From positions 284,625-348,624 of the forward strand of contig CBDCOS010000002.1 in assembly GCA_965219905.1 (NCBI GenBank): a stretch of 64,000 bases of DNA, in the 5' to 3' direction. This stretch comes from an uncultured Candidatus Binatia bacterium. GTDB lineage: Bacteria; Desulfobacterota; Binatia; UBA9968; JAJDTQ01. Shown one piece after another: positions 47,457 through 56,441 of the stretch (position 1 is its first letter; each line of letters opens with the position of its first letter). A program made the translations under genes and the position numbers. The notes under the pieces are model-generated. The model did not search any database and was not told the origin of the DNA. It saw only the letters and a list, made by a program, of their open reading frames with translations.

Positions 47457-47584
47457 AGATGATGTCTCCTAGTACGAACGACCGAATTCACGGCCAAGCG
47501 CGCCGATGTTAGTCGATAGCCCGATGGCTGTCAAATCGACGTCCCTCGGGCCTTTCACCCGGCATTCGGCCATGAAGGCACGCC

Positions 47585-48433
47585 TCAGGTGACCCAGAGC
47601 TGGTCGGCCGGGAGCCCGATGGCCGCCCGGGCCAGCCGGACCTGCTCCCTGGTCGTGATCACCCGGAAGGACCGCGCCGTCCTGATGGCCCAGAGAGTCT
47701 CCTCCTGGATTTCCCGGGTGGTGGCGTATTTCTTCAGGATGTCCAGCACCCCGCCGCCGTGGAGCTGGTCCTTGGCCTGGTGGAGGCCGGCGTTCATCAG
47801 GGAACCGTGCGGTATGCCGCACAGCTTCTCCACGGTGTTGGCGCTGGCCGCCCACGGGCCCTCGAACTCCCCCTTGTCGAGATAGCCCCGCTTGACCGCC
47901 ACCCGGATGCTCTCCAGGCCGCCGATGGCTGCATAGCCGCCCTGCCACGTCAGGGTGCGGCTCAGGTTGTCCAGGGCGTGCATGCAGGCCATGAAGATCG
48001 GGGTCGGCTCGAACGCCTCCGCTTCCTCACGGGTGATGCCGAGCTGCCGGGAATCGTAGTACAGCACCTCGATGTGGCACATGCCGTCGGCGTCCGGATC
48101 GGTCACCTCCTCGTCCCAGCAGTCGTGCAGGATCTCCCGGCGGACGTCCTGGAACGGGCACCTGGCGGCAATGTTCATCAGGTAGCTGGGAAACATCTTG
48201 GCGAAAAAGCTGTGGTTCATCTGCCACACGCCGAAGTACCGTTTGGCCTTTTCCGGATCGTTCCGGACCTCGTCGGGAATCGGCGGGTGGTTGTGGTACG
48301 TCCGCACGACGTCGGCCTGCGCCTGCAGGAACCGCCCTTCGTACTCCTCCGGCGAGAGCGGCGGGCCATCGGCCTCCGGAGGAACCCTGAAATAGGTCTT
48401 GGTGGTAATGACATCCGTTTGAGCATCCGCCAT
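47585..48433 (-). CDS. hypothetical protein, possibly heme-oxygenase-like fold (TenA/PqqC/CADD-type iron-containing redox family)
   Basis: All-helical composition with scattered E/H pairs; weak call from pattern only; divergent from the Rieske oxygenase gene. Confidence 0.3.
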   Translation of the reverse strand: MADAQTDVITTKTYFRVPPEADGPPLSPEEYEGRFLQAQADVVRTYHNHPPIPDEVRNDPEKAKRYFGVWQMNHSFFAKMFPSYLMNIAARCPFQDVRREILHDCWDEEVTDPDADGMCHIEVLYYDSRQLGITREEAEAFEPTPIFMACMHALDNLSRTLTWQGGYAAIGGLESIRVAVKRGYLDKGEFEGPWAASANTVEKLCGIPHGSLMNAGLHQAKDQLHGGGVLDILKKYATTREIQEETLWAIRTARSFRVITTREQVRLARAAIGLPADQLWVT

Positions 48434-48613
48434 CGTTACCCCTCCTTGTTTCCGACCGAGTCGCCCCGACACCTGTCCCGGCGGTACCAGAACGGCCGTA
48501 GCGTGTCAACGAAGCGTCCCGGGCGCCTGCCCGCACGCTTTACTCCGCATGTGGGGATTGATATACCCGCTGCCGAACCGTCCCCAGTCAGGTCCACTGC
48601 GAGGAGAACCGCC

Positions 48614-49795
48614 ATGCGAAGCGCCTACGGTCTCAAGATTCCCGAAATCGATCCGGAGCTGACCCGGGTGGGGCCCGGTACGCCCTGCGGCGAGCTGATG
48701 CGGCGGTACTGGCAGCCGGTATGCCTTTCGGCCGACCTCGCCGACCTGCCCAGGCGCATCCGCATCCTGGGCGAGGACCTGATTGCTTTCCGGGACGGGA
48801 AGGGACGGCCGGGGCTGCTGTTCTTCCGCTGCAGCCACCGGGGCACCTCGCTGGAGTACGGACGGGTGGAACGGGACGGGCTCCGCTGCTGCTACCACGG
48901 CTGGCTCTACGACGTGGAGGGGCGCATCCTGGACATGCCGCTGGAACCCCCCGGGAGCACCGTCAAGGACCATCTCTGGCACCCCGCCTACCCGGTGGAG
49001 GAGTACGGCGGACTGTTGTTCGCCTACATGGGCCCCTTGGACAAGATGCCGCTGCTGCCGCGCTATGACGTGTTGGAAGCGGAAGGAGGCACACTCAAAC
49101 CCCGCTTCGGCCCCCGCGTGGGCGGCGCCCAGGACTGCAACTGGCTCCAGAGCGAGGAGAACCTCATGGACGCGCTCCACGCGGTGTGGCTGCACACGGT
49201 CCACAGCGGCGCCCAGTTCCCCACCCAGGCCCATTCGACGCTGCCGGAACGGCTGGTGTACGAGGAGACCGACATCGGCATGCGATTCATCATGACCCGC
49301 AAGCTCGACGACGGGCGCTGGGCCGACGTCATCTGGGAAAACATCATGCCGCTCAACGTGCACCTGACCTACACGGACGAGCCGGTGACGGAGAAGGTGA
49401 ACCAGGTGTCCTTCTGCGTTCCCGTGGACGACACCCACCAGCTCGGCGCCAACATCCGCTGGATTCCGGACGGCGCCGACCCGTCGGAGCTGTCGGGACG
49501 CGAGAAGCTCGCCCCCGCGGGCCGAGGCCCCCGGGACTACGAGTACAGCCAGCGCTACCCCGACGACAAGGAAGCCCAGGAGGGTCAGGGAGAGATCGTG
49601 ATCCACGCCATGGAGCGTCACGTGAGCTCGGACGAGGGCGTGCTGCTGTTCCGGAAGATCCTCAAGACCGCCATCGACGACGTCAAGGCCGGCAGGGACC
49701 CCAAGGGGATCATCCGGGACCCTGCCAGGGCCGCATGCGTGCCCACCACCGCGGGAGCGATCGTGCACGCGGAGCAGCCGGCCCACGTGGCCTGA
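48614..49795 (+). CDS. Rieske non-heme iron aromatic-ring-hydroxylating oxygenase alpha subunit (KshA/VanA/CntA-like, alpha-only type)
   Basis: Rieske motif CSHRGTSL-x15-CCYHGW; mononuclear Fe region NWLQSEENLMDALHAVWLH; GAGGAG RBS. Confidence 0.8.
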   Translation: MRSAYGLKIPEIDPELTRVGPGTPCGELMRRYWQPVCLSADLADLPRRIRILGEDLIAFRDGKGRPGLLFFRCSHRGTSLEYGRVERDGLRCCYHGWLYDVEGRILDMPLEPPGSTVKDHLWHPAYPVEEYGGLLFAYMGPLDKMPLLPRYDVLEAEGGTLKPRFGPRVGGAQDCNWLQSEENLMDALHAVWLHTVHSGAQFPTQAHSTLPERLVYEETDIGMRFIMTRKLDDGRWADVIWENIMPLNVHLTYTDEPVTEKVNQVSFCVPVDDTHQLGANIRWIPDGADPSELSGREKLAPAGRGPRDYEYSQRYPDDKEAQEGQGEIVIHAMERHVSSDEGVLLFRKILKTAIDDVKAGRDPKGIIRDPARAACVPTTAGAIVHAEQPAHVA

Positions 49796-49814
49796 TTCGA
49801 TCCCCGCCGTTCGT

Positions 49815-50969
49815 TCAGGCCCTGCCCGTCTCGGGGTCCAGGCCGTAGAAGCGGGCGACGTTGTCCACCAGCAGCTTCCGCTTGGTGTCCTCGCCGATGT
49901 CGGTGCGCCCCAGGAAGACGCTCACCGAGTCCACCAGCCGGTCCCCGTGCGGGATGTCGGAGCCGTAGAGCCAGCACTCGTCGCCGAACTCCTCGATGGC
50001 AAACGGCAGCAGCCGCTCGTCCACCTCGAAGCCGAAGTAGATCTGGCCTCTGCGGATGTACTCCTCCGGCTTGTGCCTGCCCAAGTAACCCCGGTTGAAA
50101 TCCACGCCGGCGCGGGCGCCGTCGAGGCCGCTGTACTCCGCCACCCGCTCCACCACCGCCGGCACCCAGGAACAGCCGGCCTCCAGGAACGCGATGCGGA
50201 GGTCGGGATAGCGGTCGGCGATGCCCTTGGAGATAACCCGCTGGAAGGCGAACTGGACCGTCAGCCAGAAGGCCATGCTGGTCTTGTCGTGGTGCGTGTC
50301 GCAGACCTCGCCCAGGGCCCGGAAGCTGTGGCCGGTATGCACCGCCACCGGCAGCCCGGCGGCCGCGGCCGCCTCCCAGACGGGCTCCATGCAGTCGTCG
50401 TCCACCCGGTGGCGGCCGGTCATGCCCAGCATCATGACGCCCACCGAGCCCATCGCCTTTGTCCGCTCGACCTCGCGAGCGGACGCCTCGGGATCGATGG
50501 GGTCGATGATGGTGACCCACTTGAGCCGGTCCGGCGCCTGGGCGGCCATGTCCGCGATCCAGTTGTTGTACGCACGCATCATGGCCACCGACAGCTCGCG
50601 GTCAAAGGTAATCGGGTAGGAAAGGAACATGGTGGGATAGATGACCTGAACCTGCGTGTTTTCGCGGTCCAACTGCTCGAGGCGAGCCGCCACCGTGCGC
50701 AGCTCGGCGCTCTCCACCGGGTCTGCCGCGTTGATGCCGGGCGTAACCTTCGCCGGCCGGCCGTCCTTGCTCAAGGGGAAACCCGCCTGCTGGTACGGGC
50801 CGGTCCGGACCGGGAACGCCCGGGTGTCGATCAGCCAGCGCAACGCGCGGTCGGGGCCGATCTCGATCACCTCCGGCCTGCGGGACCGGAGGTCGGGATC
50901 CCAGTACTTGTCGGAAAATGTGACCTCGGATTCGGAAACGTGTCCGTCCGCGTCCCACGCCTTGATCAT
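49815..50969 (-). CDS. amidohydrolase_2 family protein
   Basis: Start MIKAWDADGHVSE (internal M43 of longer ORF); ...GSDIPHGDR... C-terminal motif. Confidence 0.75.
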   Translation of the reverse strand: MIKAWDADGHVSESEVTFSDKYWDPDLRSRRPEVIEIGPDRALRWLIDTRAFPVRTGPYQQAGFPLSKDGRPAKVTPGINAADPVESAELRTVAARLEQLDRENTQVQVIYPTMFLSYPITFDRELSVAMMRAYNNWIADMAAQAPDRLKWVTIIDPIDPEASAREVERTKAMGSVGVMMLGMTGRHRVDDDCMEPVWEAAAAAGLPVAVHTGHSFRALGEVCDTHHDKTSMAFWLTVQFAFQRVISKGIADRYPDLRIAFLEAGCSWVPAVVERVAEYSGLDGARAGVDFNRGYLGRHKPEEYIRRGQIYFGFEVDERLLPFAIEEFGDECWLYGSDIPHGDRLVDSVSVFLGRTDIGEDTKRKLLVDNVARFYGLDPETGRA

Positions 50970-51108
50970 GGTCTTCCCTTCCCTGCTGTCTTTGCTGCTG
51001 ATTCCGCCGGAACAATCTATTGAAACGGTAGGACGGGCGCAATCCGCCTCGCATCGCCAAGCCCCTTCTGGTACACGATGGAGCGAGCACCTCAAAAGGG
51101 GAGACGAT

Positions 51109-52713
51109 TTGAGTTATTCCTCCATTGATCCTTCGGCACTACAGGCGCTGTTGGCCTCGGACACCAGACACGCTTGCATCGACGTGCGCGAGCGCGGCGA
51201 GTTCGCACGGGCGCAGATCGCCGGCACCAGTCCGGTCAACCGGGGCGCGCTGGAGCTCCGGATTCCGGCGATGGTGCCGGACCGGCGCGTTCCCGTGGTG
51301 GTATGTTGCGACGACGGTCGCCGTAGCGGGCTGGCGGCGGAGACACTGGGAAGCATGGGCTACACCGACATCCGGATCCTCGCCGGAGGCATCGACGAGT
51401 GGCAACGACAGGGCCTGCCGGTGCGCTCGGGCTGGGGGGTGCACGGCAAGGAATACGGCGAGCACGTCGCCCACGGCGGCAACGTCACCCACATCGACGC
51501 CGTGGAGCTGGCGCGTCGGCGCAAGGCCGGGGAAGACGTGGTGGTGGTGGACGTGCGGTCGCGGGAGGAGTACCTCCGCGGCCACGTGCCGGACACCTAC
51601 CACATCCCCGGCGGCAATCTCTTGCTGGACGCGCCGCAGCTTCCTTTGGCGGAGGACACGACGCTGGTGGTGAGCTGCGCCGGCCGTACCCGCGGCATCC
51701 TCGGCGCGCAACTGCTTCATGACAACGGCTTCACCAACGTCTACGCCCTGGAGAACGGCGTCATGGGCTGGTTCCTGGCGGGCGGCAAAATCGCCACCGG
51801 GCCGGGCAAGGAGGTTCCCCGGGCGCCCTCGCCGGATCGGTCGGGCCGGATCCGTGAGGCCACCGAAGCACTCGCTTCGCGCGAACCCATCCCCCGCTGC
51901 TCGCGCGACGACTTCCGCGCCGTCTACGAGTCCGGCGAGACCTTCTATTTGCTGGACGTGCGGCTCCCCGAGGAATACGAAGCAGGCCACATACCCCGCG
52001 CGGCATCCCTCCCCCTGGGGCAGATGGCGCTGGCCCACGAGAACTTCCTCACGGTGCGAGGGGCGCCGGTGTTCGTGGTCTCGGACGACGACCTGCGGCC
52101 GGTCTGGGCCGCCGCCCTGCTGCGGAACCTGGGCTTCCGCGACGTGTCCATCCTCGACGGCGGCGTTCCGGGATGGAGCGCCACGGGCCTCGAGTTGGAG
52201 CAAGGAGCGCCGGAGCTCCCGGTCTTCGGATTGGAGGAGGCACAGGCCCAGGCGACCTTCATCGACCCGCCGGCGCTTCAGGAACACCTCGGATCATCCG
52301 CTCTCGCGCTGGACGTCCGCAGCATCGGCGAGTACGGCTTCGCCCACATTCCCGGCACCGGTTGGCTCCCGCGCGGCCGGCTGGAGCTGGATATCGGACG
52401 GGTGGCACCGGACAAGGACCTGCCGCTGGCAGTCGTGTGCGACAACGGCGTCCGTTCCGCGCTGGCCGCGGGCACCCTGCGTCAACTGGGCTACGGCGAC
52501 GTCCGGGTGCTCCAGGGCGGGACACGGGCATGGGAAAGCGATGGCCGGGCGCTGGAGGACGGGCTCGAGGGCACCGGCGTCTCCACCGAGGACGCGCAGG
52601 CCGACTTCGGCCACAGCGTCTGGCACGGCGCGCTGGGCAAGTCCCGCGAGGACATGGAACGCTACCTGTCGTGGGAGATCGACCTGGTCAAGGACGAGAA
52701 ATCAGCGTCCTGA
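51109..52713 (+). CDS. multi-rhodanese sulfurtransferase (four tandem rhodanese domains; three with catalytic Cys, third domain Cys replaced by Ser/Asp)
   Basis: TTG start after GGGGAG RBS; active-site loops CDDGRRS, CAGRTRG, SDDDLRP (inactive), CDNGVRS. Confidence 0.75.
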   Translation: MSYSSIDPSALQALLASDTRHACIDVRERGEFARAQIAGTSPVNRGALELRIPAMVPDRRVPVVVCCDDGRRSGLAAETLGSMGYTDIRILAGGIDEWQRQGLPVRSGWGVHGKEYGEHVAHGGNVTHIDAVELARRRKAGEDVVVVDVRSREEYLRGHVPDTYHIPGGNLLLDAPQLPLAEDTTLVVSCAGRTRGILGAQLLHDNGFTNVYALENGVMGWFLAGGKIATGPGKEVPRAPSPDRSGRIREATEALASREPIPRCSRDDFRAVYESGETFYLLDVRLPEEYEAGHIPRAASLPLGQMALAHENFLTVRGAPVFVVSDDDLRPVWAAALLRNLGFRDVSILDGGVPGWSATGLELEQGAPELPVFGLEEAQAQATFIDPPALQEHLGSSALALDVRSIGEYGFAHIPGTGWLPRGRLELDIGRVAPDKDLPLAVVCDNGVRSALAAGTLRQLGYGDVRVLQGGTRAWESDGRALEDGLEGTGVSTEDAQADFGHSVWHGALGKSREDMERYLSWEIDLVKDEKSAS

Positions 52714-52728
52714 GACGCCGGTGAAACC

Positions 52729-53283
52729 TCAAGGACCCGGCAACCTGCCGGGGAAGCCGTGGAAGATCAAGCCGCCCACGAAGCCCACGAAAGGCGGCAG
52801 CACCAGACTGGCCAGGAACCGCGCCACGGTTATCTCCACGCCCAGTATCGGAATCTCCCATATGATGACCCGATGGAAGCCGATGAGGGACCACGACGTC
52901 AGATAGGCGATGATGGGTCCGGCGCCGGCGCCCGAGGCCATCAGTGAGGCCACGATGGGAAAATGCATCATCGGCCCACCGGGCGTGCACGCCCCGGCCA
53001 CGGTGCCGATCATGAGCCCGCGTATGCCGGAGCCCTCGCCGAGCCACTGCGAAACCAGGTCGGTGGGAAGAATCACCTGGATCAGCCCGGCCACCGCGAA
53101 GGCAAAGATCATCTTGGGAAGCGTGGCCATCAGGAGCTGACCACCGCTCGACAAACCGTCCACCGCATGCTGGACACCGTACGAACGGAGCACGTACACG
53201 CCGACGACGATGCTGGCCGCGAACATGAACCAGAAACCCCCGTCCATACCGAGCCTCCCTGTTAAGCTGCGTTTCTTGCGCAT
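52729..53283 (-). CDS. small integral membrane permease (DUF318/ArsP-like or sulfur-transport-like) with conserved Cys in GACTPGGP
   Basis: ~185 aa, 5-6 TM helices; convergent with the tetra-rhodanese gene. Confidence 0.35.
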   Translation of the reverse strand: MRKKRSLTGRLGMDGGFWFMFAASIVVGVYVLRSYGVQHAVDGLSSGGQLLMATLPKMIFAFAVAGLIQVILPTDLVSQWLGEGSGIRGLMIGTVAGACTPGGPMMHFPIVASLMASGAGAGPIIAYLTSWSLIGFHRVIIWEIPILGVEITVARFLASLVLPPFVGFVGGLIFHGFPGRLPGP

Positions 53284-53721
53284 GCCGCGGCCAACCTCCC
53301 GAACCAAACGAACCCCTCAAAGGCGTAGGCAACTTGACACAAATGGAGTCCATCCTTACTGAGTAGTCGTAACCACTTGATTATCAAACACTTTCTTTAG
53401 TTTCGTTCGGCGAACACCATCACCGTAAGCGAATCGCAAGCGGTTTGAGTACAACAACCGCATCCCTCAGCGCGCGCTTGTCCGACTACTCGCCGCCTCG
53501 GAACGCAAAAGCGGTAAGCGTTCTATCGGGCCGTGGAATATCTCGGACATTGAGTCATGCCGTGCAGCCCCCGCTTTCAACGGCTGGCGGATGATCCGTT
53601 CAGGTGGAATTCGGATTCGACGACCACGGGAGGCCAAACTCACCGCAACGCCAAGGAGGTAAGGAGTGGTTGCGACAGGCCACAGGCCACGCGGACTCGG
53701 CCGAGCGGTCCGCGTGGGAAC

Positions 53722-54549
53722 TCAGACCCGCGAATCGAGTTTGATTCGAACACTCTGCCACTCCCCAGCACCTTGGTCCAACGGAATGTTAGGCTCGAGT
53801 TCGCGAGGACGATATTCGCGTAGTCTTTCCTGCCGCATATCCCATACGTGAATGACGGCTCGTTGTGCCGCGCCGGAGGCGTTGGCCCATTCGTTCCGGG
53901 TAAGGAAGATAGAGTCCGAAAGCTTGCTCTTGACTTCGACTAAGCGTGTAACCGTAAGCCCTTCCGGATTACGGTCGTAGGACAAAATGTCGTAGCCAAG
54001 CGAGTTGTCCTCAAGAGATACCCACTTGGGCTCGTCGCGGATTCCGAGCCCCTTCACGCGTCTTCGCTCATGCTCGAACGAGAGCCGTTCAGCGAGTCTG
54101 GCACGCTTCATCTTCTCAGCATCCGACACGCCCCGCATCATGGCTGCCACACGATCCCACCACTCAATGACTTCATCATCCGGCACTTCATTAAACAGCC
54201 CAGCTTCACGAAAGCACTGCGCATGGTCTCTGTCGAGAGCTGTCCTTACCTTTTCTCGTCCAAGAGGGACGAGACGTAGCCAGCGTGGCTCAACGAGCCG
54301 TACCCATTCAAAGACGAAATGCCGAAGACAATTCGTGGTCTGTTTCCATTCCACTGACGAATCAAGCACCCGACGAAGGGCGAGACCACCGCGGAAATCC
54401 AACCCGGATGCACTCGACCTGAGGCTGTTCAGGCTCGCTACGGCCTGTGCATCGGTCAGCGAAGGATAGTCCGTGCAAAATGAACGTAGTTCAAGAAACG
54501 CAAGAAACGCGGCCATCGAGAGGGCGTCATCAATCTTGCGGGCCTGCAT
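53722..54549 (-). CDS. DUF3883 (NOV_C; restriction-endonuclease-like fold) domain protein
   Basis: C-terminal ...GYDILSYDRNPEGLTVTRLVEVKSKLSDSIFLTRNEWANA... matches the DUF3883 core; start overlaps the SNF2 gene stop by 1 nt. Confidence 0.6.
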   Translation of the reverse strand: MQARKIDDALSMAAFLAFLELRSFCTDYPSLTDAQAVASLNSLRSSASGLDFRGGLALRRVLDSSVEWKQTTNCLRHFVFEWVRLVEPRWLRLVPLGREKVRTALDRDHAQCFREAGLFNEVPDDEVIEWWDRVAAMMRGVSDAEKMKRARLAERLSFEHERRRVKGLGIRDEPKWVSLEDNSLGYDILSYDRNPEGLTVTRLVEVKSKLSDSIFLTRNEWANASGAAQRAVIHVWDMRQERLREYRPRELEPNIPLDQGAGEWQSVRIKLDSRV

Positions 54550-56441
54550 CAGAACCCTTCATCCTCGCTGTAGGTTGCGCGCCCCTCAAGTTCGTTGATC
54601 AGATCGACGAGATCCTCTGGATTCGTGCTGTAGTCGATCGGCTCCTCGGCCTCCTCTTCATCAAGGGCGATCTGGTGAAGATCCTCATCGTCAAGGAGTC
54701 GTTGCATGGCCCGCACCTTGGTCGCTAGACGGCGGCTCACGGAATAGTCCACGCAGCCCAACCCCTTGGGTGCAGTCGTCTGGAAGATGAACACATTGGT
54801 TTCGGTGTCTGGTGGGAGCCCGAGACGATGAATACGGTCGATTGATTGCACGTAGTGGGTAGTGTTGTATGACCGATCGAGGTAGATCGCGTCGTGACAG
54901 ACCTGATGCAGGCTGATGCCTTCTCCGACCGCTGCCGGATTGGCAACTAAGGTCATGCACGTGGGATCCTCATGGAAACGCTTTAGCTGCCCTTCTCGCG
55001 ATTCCGGTTCCTCAGGGTCTCCGGAGGGTACGGCGCCATAGACCGACGCTGGGTTAAGGTCCGCGAGCATGTAACTCATCTGCTGGATCGTGTCCACGAA
55101 GATACTCCAGATGACGGTCTTGCGGCCTTCTCCTGCCAGTCTTCGCGCAAGGTCGCGCACCGCAAACATCTTGGTAGAGGGTCCGTCATCGAGGACTTGC
55201 TGCACGATACCTGAATCGATATAGGGAGCATCGTTCAGCATCGCGGTTGCAGCGAGGACCGGATTCGACGACAGTTGAAGGAGTCGTATCACTGAACGGC
55301 GGGCCTTGATGACATCGACTCCGCTTCCAGACTTGAGGGAGCTCAGGTCTCGAAGCACCTCGTTCCGGACAACGGAGTAGAGGGCGGTCTGGCCTCTGCC
55401 CATTGGGACAGGGATGAAGTGGCGGGTGATGGGGGGCAGGCCCAGCTCTTGTTTCGTGGTCCGGACGTAGAGGTTTGAGATTACATCGCGCGGTGACTTT
55501 CCTGCTGCAATCTGGATGCCCAGCCCCGCCCCTGGCCAAAGGAAGTCAAGCTGGGAGCGCAGATCATTCGGTGACTGCGGCATCGGTGTTCCACTCAGGA
55601 TGTCCCGACGCAGTGGAAGCGAAGCGGCATTCAGTAGGACAATACCGCGTTTCACTGCGGTTCCCCCCTTCACCCGATGGGATTCGTCGAGAACGAGATG
55701 GACTGGATTTTGCGCGAGGAAATTGGCGAAAAGACCTGGAATCGAAAGCAGCTGTTCGTAGTTGAGCACGAGCCGATTCGAGCCCGAACGAAGCCCTTCT
55801 CTTACGACGGCTGCACTGCCCGTCAGTATGAGGAAGGGCTCCCTGACCCACTCTGGAGCATCATCAGCAATACACTCGTCAACCACCTCGCTCCAGGCGC
55901 TGAACGCACTCTTCGGACCCACGACGACGAGTTTCTGGTCTGGCTGCCTAGTAAGGAGGTGCAGCGCGAACGTGACTGTGGTTTTGCCCGCGCCGGGCAC
56001 TGAGAAATTCGCACCGTTCAGGAGACCCACGAGACGCTTCAGGTCCCGCATCTGGAAGGGGCGAAGCGCCCGCCGCGTAAAGCCGTAGTCATTTAAACGT
56101 GTCTGAATTTCGTCTTCATCAAGGGCGCGGGGCGTGGCGTCGCGGGCAGCCTTGATGCTTTGGTACTGTGCGATGAATTTGTCAATCTCAGCCTTTGCCG
56201 CTTGGCTTGGCCGAAACCTGAACCCGCGCTTTTTCTGGAGCGGTGCGAACTCCCTGATGACGGACAGAACTCCAGGCCAGGGTAGCGTGATGGTGTTCTC
56301 GTAAAGCGCCAGATCGTCCGTGGCAGCAGCAGACTGGCGGATCCGATCCCACAGCGAGCTTCCAGGATCGGTTTTGTTCGTTAGGGTTCCGGTGAGCCGT
56401 TCTGAATCGTAGTCGACAAGGATTATCGCAGGTTCACTCAT
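54549..56441 (-). CDS. SNF2-family (SWI2/SNF2) DNA helicase/translocase
   Basis: Motif I FSVPGAGKT, motif II LVLDESHR, SNF2 signature LSGTPMPQSPNDL, C-terminal helicase motifs ...LVANPAAVGEGISL... and ...DRIHRLGL... Confidence 0.8.
   Translation of the reverse strand: MSEPAIILVDYDSERLTGTLTNKTDPGSSLWDRIRQSAAATDDLALYENTITLPWPGVLSVIREFAPLQKKRGFRFRPSQAAKAEIDKFIAQYQSIKAARDATPRALDEDEIQTRLNDYGFTRRALRPFQMRDLKRLVGLLNGANFSVPGAGKTTVTFALHLLTRQPDQKLVVVGPKSAFSAWSEVVDECIADDAPEWVREPFLILTGSAAVVREGLRSGSNRLVLNYEQLLSIPGLFANFLAQNPVHLVLDESHRVKGGTAVKRGIVLLNAASLPLRRDILSGTPMPQSPNDLRSQLDFLWPGAGLGIQIAAGKSPRDVISNLYVRTTKQELGLPPITRHFIPVPMGRGQTALYSVVRNEVLRDLSSLKSGSGVDVIKARRSVIRLLQLSSNPVLAATAMLNDAPYIDSGIVQQVLDDGPSTKMFAVRDLARRLAGEGRKTVIWSIFVDTIQQMSYMLADLNPASVYGAVPSGDPEEPESREGQLKRFHEDPTCMTLVANPAAVGEGISLHQVCHDAIYLDRSYNTTHYVQSIDRIHRLGLPPDTETNVFIFQTTAPKGLGCVDYSVSRRLATKVRAMQRLLDDEDLHQIALDEEEAEEPIDYSTNPEDLVDLINELEGRATYSEDEGF

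Noticed and set aside
51078-51110. Upstream ATG (51078) as start of the tetra-rhodanese gene
   Set aside because: Not in frame with the rhodanese ORF. The in-frame TTG at 51109 has a proper RBS.
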